From NCBI GenBank assembly GCA_028706655.1, contig JAQTVW010000001.1, positions 1 through 47,967 on the forward strand: DNA of 47,967 nucleotides, written 5' to 3'. The stretch comes from Dehalococcoidales bacterium. GTDB lineage: Bacteria > Chloroflexota > Dehalococcoidia > Dehalococcoidales > RBG-16-60-22. How positions within the stretch are numbered: position 1 is the first letter of the stretch; each line of letters begins with the position of its first letter. Below, one piece after another: positions 1 through 9,007 of this stretch. Both the position numbers and the translations under genes were made by a program. The notes below the pieces were generated by a model that did not search any database, was not told the DNA's origin, and saw nothing but the letters and a program-made list of their open reading frames with translations.

Positions 1-78
1 CAAAAAACACGCAAAATCGGAACCAAAAAGTAGACATCACTTTTTTAAGAAGTGTGGTATAATATTTATGTGAAAATA

Positions 79-270
79 ATGCATGTCCTGGGGATTGTCC
101 TGAGCGGGTTGGCGCTGGCGGTGCCTACTTATCTTGTCGGAACCTGTGCTACGCCGACCATGGTCTGCAACACCGTCATGAAGCCGGCGCTGCTGGCGCT
201 GGGCGGTGTGGGAATGGTAACCAGTATCGGGGCAGTCTTTGCCGCCCGGAAGATAAAAGAGGAAATTTAG
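79..270 (+). CDS. small 2-TM membrane protein, DUF4418-like (half-size)
   Basis: ORF 52..270. The ATG at 79 lies just downstream of a TGgTATAAT extended -10 at 55-63, so the GTG at 52 is unlikely to be the start. Two hydrophobic helices flank a C-x6-C motif (GTCATPTMVC), as I recall for DUF4418 proteins found next to FtsX/MacB-type ABC genes. In-frame stops upstream show it is not truncated by the window edge. Confidence 0.5.
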   Translation: MHVLGIVLSGLALAVPTYLVGTCATPTMVCNTVMKPALLALGGVGMVTSIGAVFAARKIKEEI

Positions 271-275
271 AAACC

Positions 276-1469
276 ATGAGTATTTTTGGGCTAGCCATCA
301 GGAATATCAAGGGCAGCGCCGCGCGGAGCCTGACTATTTTTCTCTGCGTATTGGGGATAGCCAGTTTCTTCGTGTGCACCACACTCGTCGTGCAGGGCGC
401 GCAGAACAGTCTGGAAAAGGGCATCCAGAGACTCGGCGCCGATATCCTGGTCGTCCCGGAAGGCGCAGAACAGAAGGTGGAGACTGCCCTGCTGATGGGC
501 AAGCCGACCCAGGTCTGGATGTCTACCGATTATCTCAAGAAGGTTTCCGCGGTGCCCGGCGTGGCGAGGGTTTCGCCGCAGATTTACCTGCAATCGCTTT
601 ACGGCGCTTCTTGCTGCGCCGTCAATGAAATGTTCCTGGTGGTCTACGACCCGGCGACTGATTTTGCCGTTACACCCTGGCTGGAACGCAATTTGCACCG
701 CAGCCTGACTGCCGGCGAGGTAATCGGCGGCAGCTACATTTTCGTCCCGCCCGGAGAGAAGGATATCAAGCTTTACGGGATAGGGCTGACTCTGCGCGGC
801 AACCTGGAGCCGACCGGCACCGGCATCGACCAGACGATGTTCATGCCGATTGAAACCGCGCGGATGATGGCGCAGGGTTCCTTAACGTCTGCGGTAGAAC
901 CGCTGGTGATACCGGATGATACAATATCTTCTATTATGGTCGAAGTAGCGCCGGATGCGGACCCACACAAGGTGTCGCTCAAAATGCTGCTGGATGTCGT
1001 CGGGGTGACGCCCATCGAAAGTCCGAACCTCTTCGGGAAATTCCGCGAACAGATGCTCGGGCTGCTCTGGGGATTTGTTACCCTCCTTAGCTTTGCCTGG
1101 ATCCTGTCCATGGTGCTCATCGGACTGATTTTCTCGATGGCTGCCAACGAGCGCCGCCGTGAGATGGCAGTGCTGCGGGCGCTCGGTGCGACGCGCTACT
1201 TTATTTTCCGGTCGGTCCTGACTGAAGCCGGAATTATTGCGATTATTGCCGGAATACTTGGCATCGCCGTTTCTTCCATGCTGGTCTATACTTTCAAAGA
1301 CTATGTGGCGGGTTCCCTGAGAATGCCGTTCCTGTTCCCGTCCTTGAGCTCATTCATGGGCATGGCGTTGATTGGCGTAGCCTTGTCACTGGCGACCATG
1401 GGTCTGGCGACATTCTTGCCCGCCCTGAGAATCAGCCGGCAGGAGCCAGCCGTGGCGATGAGGGAGTAA
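276..1469 (+). CDS. ABC transporter permease, FtsX/MacB-like
   Basis: 397-aa ORF. It has an N-terminal TM helix, a large extracytoplasmic domain and a C-terminal FtsX-type 3-TM bundle (ANERRREMAVLRALGATR motif). It sits 5 nt after the upstream gene and 1 nt before the ATPase. Confidence 0.85.
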   Translation: MSIFGLAIRNIKGSAARSLTIFLCVLGIASFFVCTTLVVQGAQNSLEKGIQRLGADILVVPEGAEQKVETALLMGKPTQVWMSTDYLKKVSAVPGVARVSPQIYLQSLYGASCCAVNEMFLVVYDPATDFAVTPWLERNLHRSLTAGEVIGGSYIFVPPGEKDIKLYGIGLTLRGNLEPTGTGIDQTMFMPIETARMMAQGSLTSAVEPLVIPDDTISSIMVEVAPDADPHKVSLKMLLDVVGVTPIESPNLFGKFREQMLGLLWGFVTLLSFAWILSMVLIGLIFSMAANERRREMAVLRALGATRYFIFRSVLTEAGIIAIIAGILGIAVSSMLVYTFKDYVAGSLRMPFLFPSLSSFMGMALIGVALSLATMGLATFLPALRISRQEPAVAMRE

Positions 1470-1470
1470 G

Positions 1471-2211
1471 ATGATTAAATTTACCGATGTCACCAGAGAC
1501 TACCGCCTGGATGAAGAGACCGTGGTCACTCCGGTGAACAATATCAACCTGGATATTAAGGGCGGCGAATTCATCCTTATTATCGGCAGGTCAGGCTCAG
1601 GCAAAACTACTCTACTCAACCTGGCAGCCGGTCTTATTAAGCCTACCAGGGGCAAGGTCTTTATCGGCGGCATCGACCTGTGGGGCATGACAGACGAGCA
1701 ACTGGCATCTTTTCGTAATCAAAAGATAGGCTTCTCTTTCCAGTTTCCCAGCCTGCTCCCGTCACTTACGGCAGTACAGAATGTAATAGTGCCGACATTG
1801 TTCGCCGCCAAAGACAAGCGGGATGGCGTCCAGAAGCGCGCGACCGATATCCTCGGAATGCTGGGGCTCGGCGAAAAAGTAAACGTCTATCCCAAGCAGC
1901 TTTCTGCCGGAGAACAAAAGAGGGTGGTTATCGCACGGGCGTTAATCAATCACCCCGGACTGTTGCTGGCGGACGAACCAACGAGCGACCTGGATGCCCA
2001 GACGGAACAGGAAATAATGTCGCTTTTCCGCAGTATCCAGGCGAGCGGCATCACTATCATGATGGTTACCCATAGCCTGGAACTGATACCTTACGCGACC
2101 CGGGCATTCCGTATGGAAAACGGACATTTAAAAGATGTTGCGGAGAAAGACGCGCAGTCTCCGGCAGGGCAACTGCTGAATTACAACGTCAGATATATCT
2201 ACGGCAGCTAG
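1471..2211 (+). CDS. ABC transporter ATP-binding protein (LolD/MacB ATPase family)
   Basis: Walker A GRSGSGKTT, Q-loop, signature LSAGEQKR and Walker B LLLADEPTSDLD. A GGGAG SD lies upstream of the ATG. Confidence 0.9.
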   Translation: MIKFTDVTRDYRLDEETVVTPVNNINLDIKGGEFILIIGRSGSGKTTLLNLAAGLIKPTRGKVFIGGIDLWGMTDEQLASFRNQKIGFSFQFPSLLPSLTAVQNVIVPTLFAAKDKRDGVQKRATDILGMLGLGEKVNVYPKQLSAGEQKRVVIARALINHPGLLLADEPTSDLDAQTEQEIMSLFRSIQASGITIMMVTHSLELIPYATRAFRMENGHLKDVAEKDAQSPAGQLLNYNVRYIYGS

Positions 2212-2443
2212 ATTGCGGGGTATTTAGCATAGCTAACGTTTTCCCGGGTGGAAGAGCGTCTTAAATTCCTTAATAGTTTATCACCCACATTACGTGGATT
2301 TACCTGGTAAATTTAAGTAGGTTTACGTATACCTTATCCGGCGCCGGCATGCCATACTGAGGATAAGAAAAAGAACCATTTTTAGACTAACCGGTCTATA
2401 GCTAAAAATTAACCCGGAATAATAGAGTGCAGGGAAGTAGAGG

Positions 2444-4777
2444 ATGAAAGTTTACCGGTTTCTCCTGGTGACGATTGTTGCTGTTGCCGCGATGCTGCAA
2501 CTGGCATGGCAGGCACCGGCTAGCGCCGCGGTGGGAGTAATTGAGCTCGATATCCGCAGCGGTCCGGTCGGGACGGTAGTGGCAGTCACCGGTACCGGCT
2601 TTACCCCCGGTGTGACCTATACGGTGCAATTTGCCACCGCCGCGGTAGAGAGCGGTACGACAGACGCCGCGGGTGACATCAATACCTATTTTACCGTGCC
2701 TGCTTATCCCCGCGGGCAGCAGAGTATTACCGTGACCACCAGCGCCGGTGATACCAGCAATAATGTCGTTTTCAGCGTGCAGCCGGCTATTACCACCAGC
2801 CTCACCTCCGGGCGAATCGGGGATTCCTTTATCGTGACCGGCACGGGATTTAAGGCGGCTTCCAGCATTACCATCTATTTCGATGCTATCAGTGTGGGTA
2901 CCGTATATGCCAGCGCCGCCGGGACTTTTGCCAGTTCGGTGGTAGTCGTCCCCGCCGGTGTGACGAAGGGTGCTCATTCCATCACTGCAAGGGACATCAT
3001 CGGGGCATCCTCGCCGGTAACATTCAACGTCCAGGAACCGCAGATTGTCCTGAGTGCGACTTCCGGTCGCGTGGGAGATAAGTTTAATATTACCGGCTCC
3101 GGTTTCCGCCCCAGTTCCGGCGTGACGATTTATTTTGACAGCTTGAGTCTGGGTTCCTCAGTCACGGATGCGACTGGCGCGTTTGCCAGCTCTACAGTCT
3201 CGGTACCTCCGGCGGCGAACGGGAGTCACGCCATCACCGCGCGGGATGCTGTAGCGGTCACGCCTGCCGCCAGCTTTAACGTGCTGCAAAATTTCACAGC
3301 TAATCCGGCATCAGGAGTGGTCGATGACCGTATTTCCGTCAGCGGCTCCGGTTTTGCCCGCAGTTCCAGCATGATTTTCACACTGGATGCCTTTGTCATA
3401 AGCGGAGTTGCTATCACCACCGATGCCAACGGCAGCTTTACCGGCAATATTGATATTCCGCCCTGCAGCAGCGGCTCTCACCAGTTGCAGGCGAAGGATG
3501 CCCAGGGTAATTCCGCTGCGGCAGCAATCACCGTTGGTCAGAAAGTCGCCATCACGCCTACCGCAGTCGCTACCGGTGAACAGCTTACGGTCAGCGGCAG
3601 CGGGTTCGCCAGCAATTCCAACCTGACCCTCAGTATCGATGGCAAGAACCTGAGCAGCGGCGTGACCGTCGCCGCCAACGGTAGTTTCACCGATAGTCTG
3701 TCCATTCCGCAGTTCCCCGGCGGGCGCCACGAATTGCAGGTCAAAGACGCCCTGGGGAACACTGCTACGGCGGCTTTCACCGTAGGACAGAAAATGTCGA
3801 TAGAGCCGGTGTCCGGTGTAGGCGGCGCGATGGTCAGCATCAGCGGCAGCGGCTTTGCGGCGGGGAAGGCAATCAGCATCAAGTGCAACGGCACTAATGC
3901 AATCACCAACCCGGCTACGATTGTTGCGGACAGCACCGGCAGCTTCAGCGGCAGCTTCCAATCGCCGCCGGGCGTCATCGGTAATTACACGGTCAAGGTT
4001 GACGACGGCACCAACAGCGCCAGCGCCAGCTTCACGGCGAGTTTCCAGGCGGAAATCAGCCCGGTGACAAGCGTTGCCTCGCCGGGGCGGGTCGGCATGC
4101 CGCTTACGGTTACCGGCTCCGGTTTCCGGGCGAAAGCCGAAATTACAATAAAAAATTCTTCGGCGGCGGATTCCACGATACTGGCAATCACTTCATCTGA
4201 TTCGGCGGGTTGCTTTTTTGCCGCCTTCAATGCCCCATCGGCGAAAAGCGGCACGCACACGATAATCGCCACCGACGGCACGAACACCAAGCAGCTTAGT
4301 TTTGTCATGGAAGCGAACGCACCGCAGACGCCGGTCCCGGTGCTGCCGGAACTGCTTGCCAAGTCGGCGCAGCCGGTATCGTTCGACTGGTCTAAAGCAG
4401 ACGACCCCAGCGGCATCACTTACACGCTCCAGATTGCCGGCGATCGAGAGTTCCGCAACGTCATGGTGGAAAAGAAGGGACTGACGACGCCCGGCTACAC
4501 CATGCTCAAGAAAGACAAGCTGCGACCTGTGCCCAAAGAGAATCCCTACTTCTGGCGGGTCAAGGCAATTGACGGGACGGGCAGCGAAAGCGCGTGGTCC
4601 GAGACGATGGCGTTCTACGTCGGATTTGTGGTCAGCCTGACCGATGATGGAGTCATCTCGTTCGACGGACTGGCGACCTTGCCGCTCAACCTGCTGTATG
4701 CGGCAGTGGGTGTCGTCCTCTTCCTCGTCGCGCTTTTCAGCTTCATGCTGGGCAGGCGGAGCGCCCGCCGAGACTAG
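2444..4777 (+). CDS. secreted, C-terminally anchored cell-surface protein with seven tandem Ig-like (IPT/TIG-type) repeats plus an Fn3-like module
   Basis: Signal peptide MKVYRFLLVTIVAVAAMLQLAWQAPASA. Seven repeats of about 85 aa (roughly nt 2531-4318) each carry a (T/S)G(T/S)GF core: VAVTGTGF, IVTGTGF, NITGSGF, SVSGSGF, TVSGSGF, SISGSGF, TVTGSGF. A module FDWSKADDPSGITYTLQIA...YFWRVKAIDGTGSESAWSE follows, then a C-terminal TM helix and a basic RRSARRD tail. Confidence 0.8.
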   Translation: MKVYRFLLVTIVAVAAMLQLAWQAPASAAVGVIELDIRSGPVGTVVAVTGTGFTPGVTYTVQFATAAVESGTTDAAGDINTYFTVPAYPRGQQSITVTTSAGDTSNNVVFSVQPAITTSLTSGRIGDSFIVTGTGFKAASSITIYFDAISVGTVYASAAGTFASSVVVVPAGVTKGAHSITARDIIGASSPVTFNVQEPQIVLSATSGRVGDKFNITGSGFRPSSGVTIYFDSLSLGSSVTDATGAFASSTVSVPPAANGSHAITARDAVAVTPAASFNVLQNFTANPASGVVDDRISVSGSGFARSSSMIFTLDAFVISGVAITTDANGSFTGNIDIPPCSSGSHQLQAKDAQGNSAAAAITVGQKVAITPTAVATGEQLTVSGSGFASNSNLTLSIDGKNLSSGVTVAANGSFTDSLSIPQFPGGRHELQVKDALGNTATAAFTVGQKMSIEPVSGVGGAMVSISGSGFAAGKAISIKCNGTNAITNPATIVADSTGSFSGSFQSPPGVIGNYTVKVDDGTNSASASFTASFQAEISPVTSVASPGRVGMPLTVTGSGFRAKAEITIKNSSAADSTILAITSSDSAGCFFAAFNAPSAKSGTHTIIATDGTNTKQLSFVMEANAPQTPVPVLPELLAKSAQPVSFDWSKADDPSGITYTLQIAGDREFRNVMVEKKGLTTPGYTMLKKDKLRPVPKENPYFWRVKAIDGTGSESAWSETMAFYVGFVVSLTDDGVISFDGLATLPLNLLYAAVGVVLFLVALFSFMLGRRSARRD

Positions 4778-4792
4778 ATGTACTCTTGGTGT

Positions 4793-4927
4793 TTGTCATA
4801 GCTGGGCTTTGCCTCGACTATCCAGGCGAGTCTTACCTGGATTCCCGCTTTGTGTGGGAATGACTAAAAACCGCAAAGATTATAATATTGATTGAGATTG
4901 CTTCGTCGCGGGCACTCCTCGCAATAA
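4793..4927. repeat. REP-like hairpin elements (GGATTC-N13-GAATGAC type plus ATTGC..GCAAT type) in a convergent 3'-3' gap
   Basis: ggattcccgctttgtgtgggaatgac (stem ATTCCCGC/GTGGGAAT) lies at about 4849-4866 and attgcttcgtcgcgggcactcctcgcaat at 4897-4925. The same GGATTC..GAATGAC architecture recurs at 22775-22800. Confidence 0.5.
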
Positions 4928-4940
4928 CAGGAACATCACA

Positions 4941-6551
4941 TTACAAAATCTTGTATTTCGGTCCGTCGCCGCCTTCGGGCACATGCCATCGTATTGTCTG
5001 GTGCGGGCACTTGGTACGGCAGGTCTGGCAGTGTACGCAATTGGACGGACTCAGCGCGATATCATCGCCCTCCAGCTTGTAGACCTCGGCGGGGCAGAAG
5101 TACAGGCAGGGATGACAGCCGAAGTCCTCTTTGCAGCGATGGCAATTTGCCGGGTCTGAAAAAGAAATGTGGGATGGCTCGTCCTCACGGTGCAGCGTGC
5201 CGGAGAGGCTCACCGCCGTCAGCCGGTCGATGCCGCCGGTATAGCTGCGGTTGAGTTTAGTTCTCCTCATGCCCTGGTAATCGGGTTCAGTCTTCAGTTT
5301 GAAAGGCAGCCAGCTCTGGATGAGCGAGAACGGCGCGCCTAGATACAGTCCGCCCCGGGCAAAGACCTGCCGGTAGTTCCGCGCCGCCTGCAGGTCCTTC
5401 ATCACGAAACTATCAGCCAGCTTGGTCTCGTACGATTTCAGCGAATCTTTCGAGAAATCGTTCTTTTCAATCGACTGGAAAATTGCTTCCGCCGCGAGGA
5501 TGCCGGACTTGATGGCATAGTGCAGTCCCTTGAGCTTGCGGACATTGGTCAGACCGGCGTCATCGCCGATTATCAGAGCGCCGTCGGCAACCAGCCCGGT
5601 GACCGAATAGAAACCGCCTTCCGGCAATGTTTTAGCACCGTAAGCGATGGTCTCGCCGCCTTCTAAAAGTTTACTGACGAACGGGTGCGATTTGAAAATC
5701 TGCAACTCCCGCTGCGGGTCGAGGTCGCAGTAGCGCCAGTCCAGTCCCAGCACAACGGCGACCGCCACGGTATTTTTGCTCATGCTGTACAGCGTGCCCC
5801 CGCCGAAGACGTCGGACTTGTTGGGGAAGCCCAGCGTATGAATGACATGATTAGTGCCGAAATTATTCTTTTCCGGCAGGCGGATAATCTCTTTAATGCC
5901 GAGGGAGCTAATCTGCGGATTTTTGCCTTTGTCCAGGTTGTTTCTCTTGATGAGGTCTTCGGCGAGTTGCCCCAGCGAACCTTCGCCAAGCACGGTCACC
6001 TTCGCTTCCAGGACTTCGCCGGGCAGGTAGTTGGGCTGCTTTTCTCCTTCCTTGTTCAGTCCCTTCTCGCCGAGGCGGATGCCCTTGACCGCGCCGTTTT
6101 CCATAACTAGTTCCCGCGCGGCAAATCCGGTGTAAATTTCCACGCCCAGCCCGCGCGCCAGGTCGCTCAGCCAGTTGACCATCTCGCTGATGGAGAGGGT
6201 GTAATCACCCTTATGGTGCATGCCTGCGGGGACAACGGCGGAGGGTACTTTCACTGCAGTCTTGCCGCCCATCAGGAAGACCAGTTCGTCCCGTTCCACC
6301 TTGTTGCCCAGCATCTTCGTAATAAAAGCGTCCTTGCTATCCTGCCAGTTCGGTATAAGCTCGGTGAGGACATCCGTTTCAAAGACCGCCCCGGAAAGAT
6401 TGTGCTGTCCGGGCTTGTCCGCTTTTTCAATGACTATCACGGACTCCTTGCGTCCCGCCAGATTCAGCATCTGCTTGAGTTTGATGGCACCCGCCAGGCT
6501 CGCCGGCCCGGCGCCGACAAAAAGCACATCCATCCTGTTCTGTTCCGTCAC
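4941..6551 (-). CDS. electron-transfer flavoprotein:quinone oxidoreductase (ETF-QO; FixC-FixX-type fusion with C-terminal 4Fe-4S ferredoxin-like domain)
   Basis: N-terminal FAD fold VLFVGAGPASLAGAIKL. The C-terminal tail has Cys clusters (CHRCKEDFGCHPCLYFCP ... CVHCQTCRTKCP) and ends in the typical EGGDGPKY motif. Its start overlaps the stop of the upstream ETF gene by 4 nt. Confidence 0.9.
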   Translation of the reverse strand: MTEQNRMDVLFVGAGPASLAGAIKLKQMLNLAGRKESVIVIEKADKPGQHNLSGAVFETDVLTELIPNWQDSKDAFITKMLGNKVERDELVFLMGGKTAVKVPSAVVPAGMHHKGDYTLSISEMVNWLSDLARGLGVEIYTGFAARELVMENGAVKGIRLGEKGLNKEGEKQPNYLPGEVLEAKVTVLGEGSLGQLAEDLIKRNNLDKGKNPQISSLGIKEIIRLPEKNNFGTNHVIHTLGFPNKSDVFGGGTLYSMSKNTVAVAVVLGLDWRYCDLDPQRELQIFKSHPFVSKLLEGGETIAYGAKTLPEGGFYSVTGLVADGALIIGDDAGLTNVRKLKGLHYAIKSGILAAEAIFQSIEKNDFSKDSLKSYETKLADSFVMKDLQAARNYRQVFARGGLYLGAPFSLIQSWLPFKLKTEPDYQGMRRTKLNRSYTGGIDRLTAVSLSGTLHREDEPSHISFSDPANCHRCKEDFGCHPCLYFCPAEVYKLEGDDIALSPSNCVHCQTCRTKCPHQTIRWHVPEGGDGPKYKIL

Positions 6552-8464
6552 GGCTTTGCACCTACCTTTCCGGCGGCTTCCAGCGCCTGGATTAACTGCG
6601 GTACGACCTCTTCCAGGTTGCCCACCACGCCGAAATCGGCGGCTTTGAAAATGGGCGCTTTCGCCTCCTTGTTCACGGCGACGATAATATCCGCATTCTG
6701 CATGCCGGTCAGGTGCTGTACCGCCCCGGAAATGCCCACCGCCACGTAAACCCGCGGTTTGACGGTATACCCCGTTTGACCGACCTGGTGGGTGCGTTCG
6801 ATGAAGCCCATTTCCACGGCAGGTCTGGTTGCGCCGACCATCGCTTTTTCCCCGAGGAATCTGCCCAGGCTTTCGGCAAGCGGCACGATGTATTTATCGA
6901 AATTATCTCTCGTCTTGCAGCCCGCGCCACCGCAGGCGATAGCGCCCGCCTCGGCGATGTCCGAGGTAAGTTCGCGGCGTTCCGCTGATATAATCCGCGC
7001 TCCCAAATCAGCTTCGGTCAGCGCCGGATGATACTCGATTAGCTCGCCGTTCCGCGTATTGTCCGGTTCGAGGGCGCGCATCACGCCTGGTCGTGCGGTG
7101 GACATCTGCACCAGCGAATTCTGGGTGATGATAGCCGCCATGATGTTGCCGCCCAGCGCGGGACGGGTCTGCCGCATGACGGCGGTAAAGTCCTGCTTGC
7201 CCCGCTGGAAGTCTACGATATCCAGCGCCGTGCAGTCCGCGGTCAGCCCCGATTTGGCGCGGTAGGCGACCCGCGGCCCCAGTTCTCTGCCCGCCGGGGT
7301 AGCGCTGAACAGCAGGATTTGCGGCTTGTACTGGAAAATAATATCCGCGACGACTTTGGTGTAGGGCACGGGCAGGAAATTCTCCAGCAGGTCGTGTTCC
7401 GCGAGGTAGACTTTATCCGCGCCGCGCACCATCAGTTCATGCGATAGTCCTTTGACGTCCTTGCCCACCAGCACCGCGCCGACCTTCTCGTTAAAGGGCT
7501 GCGCCAGTTCGCGGGCTTTACCGAGCAGTTCAAAGACGGCGGGATGCACCTCGCCGCCTTCCTGTTCGGCGTAGACCCAGACCTCGCCGGTGTGGCTCGG
7601 CGTCTTGCCCGGCGGTAACTTGTAGGCGGGTTCTTTCACTTCTTCCTGCGCCGCCTGCGACCGCTTCAGGTAGGCTTCTTTTATCATTTGTACCAGTTTG
7701 GCGATATCGTTTTCAAAGATGCACTTGCGCTTGCTCACTTCCTTCGGGGAAAAGATACGGTAGACTGTCGTCCGCGAGCCTGCCAGCCCGATGTGCGCGT
7801 CCTGCGCGGCGACATCGGCGGCGCTCCACTGGTATAATTTTTGGCGATACGCCCAGCGCGTGCGGCTGAACGAGGCATTGAGCGGCTCCGTCCACTTGGT
7901 GACGGTAAGCAGGCAGGGGAACGTATCGGGGGCGACCCGTTCTTTGCCTTGCCGGGTGATGCGGTCGACGACCAGTTTATCACCGTTAAAATCGAAAGCC
8001 GTAGCGTAGGCAATTTGCACGATGCCCAGTTCCTCGGCGATTTGCGCCGGCACCTGCGCGGTATCGCCATCAACGGACTGCATGCCGGTAATCACGATAT
8101 AGTTTCGGTCGCCGCTCAGTATTTCCTTTTCAATTCTGCGGATAGCCTGACCCAGCGGGTAAGCCGTGGCGGCGGTATCAGCGCCGCCGAGCTTGCGGTC
8201 GGTGAGCAGGACCGCTTCATCCGCGCCGAGAGACAGGGCGTATCGGAGAACTTCATCGGCGAAGATCGGACCCATCGTCAGCGCGATGATTTTGCCGTCT
8301 TTTTGTTCCCGCATCCGCACGGCGAAAGCCATCGCCTGCTTGTCCAATTCGTTGCAGACGTTTTCCAGCATGCCCCTTTTCAGAATGCCTTTTTCCCAGT
8401 CCCAGGCTTCGTTGGGGATGTTCTTGATATCCGGTACCTGCTTGACCAGCACGATGTAATTCAT
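6548..8464 (-). CDS. fused electron-transfer flavoprotein beta-alpha subunit (EtfB-EtfA single polypeptide)
   Basis: 638 aa. The N-terminal part (MNYIVLVKQVPDIKNIP...) is EtfB-like. After a roughly 45-aa charged linker the C-terminal part (VWVYAEQEGGEVHPAVFELLGKARELA ... VAVGISGAVQHLTGM ... IVAVNKEAKAPIF) is EtfA-like. Confidence 0.85.
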   Translation of the reverse strand: MNYIVLVKQVPDIKNIPNEAWDWEKGILKRGMLENVCNELDKQAMAFAVRMREQKDGKIIALTMGPIFADEVLRYALSLGADEAVLLTDRKLGGADTAATAYPLGQAIRRIEKEILSGDRNYIVITGMQSVDGDTAQVPAQIAEELGIVQIAYATAFDFNGDKLVVDRITRQGKERVAPDTFPCLLTVTKWTEPLNASFSRTRWAYRQKLYQWSAADVAAQDAHIGLAGSRTTVYRIFSPKEVSKRKCIFENDIAKLVQMIKEAYLKRSQAAQEEVKEPAYKLPPGKTPSHTGEVWVYAEQEGGEVHPAVFELLGKARELAQPFNEKVGAVLVGKDVKGLSHELMVRGADKVYLAEHDLLENFLPVPYTKVVADIIFQYKPQILLFSATPAGRELGPRVAYRAKSGLTADCTALDIVDFQRGKQDFTAVMRQTRPALGGNIMAAIITQNSLVQMSTARPGVMRALEPDNTRNGELIEYHPALTEADLGARIISAERRELTSDIAEAGAIACGGAGCKTRDNFDKYIVPLAESLGRFLGEKAMVGATRPAVEMGFIERTHQVGQTGYTVKPRVYVAVGISGAVQHLTGMQNADIIVAVNKEAKAPIFKAADFGVVGNLEEVVPQLIQALEAAGKVGAKP

Positions 8465-8548
8465 TTTGCACTCCCTATATTAGAGTGTATACAGATAAAG
8501 GGCGGATTAGCAATAGGTATGTTTATTTGAGAAAAAATCAAGACAATC

Positions 8549-8649
8549 CTCTCGTGGTGAGCCTGTCGAACCACAAGCTCAGAATGCTCGGACAAGAAAG
8601 CCGCTCATGGTGAGCTTGCCGAACCACAAGCTCAGGGCGAGCGAACAAA
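8549..8649. repeat. two tandem copies of a roughly 50-nt REP-like intergenic repeat (family 1)
   Basis: Copy A is ctcgtggtgagcctgtcgaaccacaagctcag... (8551-) and copy B is ctcatggtgagcttgccgaaccacaagctcag... (8603-). Related copies occur at 20891-20912 and 25651-25733. Confidence 0.75.
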
Positions 8650-8668
8650 TCTTAAGCTTGTACATATA

Positions 8669-8971
8669 TCAGTATCTATGCGACATGAAAACAATGGTCT
8701 CCAACCATCCTATAAGTGCAGCGATACCCAATAAAACAGAAATAAATTTTATTAGCTTTGACTTAAAAGAAAACAAAAATCCCAGGAAAGCGGAAACACA
8801 AATTACTATTAAATATCCGGTTAATAGCGCCTTGACGAAAGCTGGTGAAAAGTCTGTTAAAGGGACAAAACTAATTACACTATATAATAGTACGCTAAAA
8901 CCTAATACTATCGAGAATGCTGTAAAGAATAGTAATCCTGCAATAATCCCCTGCTGCTTTTCTCTCTTCAT
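8669..8971 (-). CDS. hypothetical small membrane protein (3 predicted TM helices)
   Basis: 100-aa ORF in a conspicuously AT-rich stretch directly downstream of nrdJ. It is strongly hydrophobic, has no recognisable SD and matches no family I recognise. Confidence 0.45.
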   Translation of the reverse strand: MKREKQQGIIAGLLFFTAFSIVLGFSVLLYSVISFVPLTDFSPAFVKALLTGYLIVICVSAFLGFLFSFKSKLIKFISVLLGIAALIGWLETIVFMSHRY

Positions 8972-9007
8972 ATCAATAGTCTAAAATGCCAATCGGTTTT
9001 GAGTCCC

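Noticed and set aside
8549-8649. CRISPR array
   Set aside because: There are only two adjacent diverged repeat units, with a spacer of about 4 nt. No cas genes are present. Other copies are dispersed singly or inverted, which is REP-like behaviour, not CRISPR.
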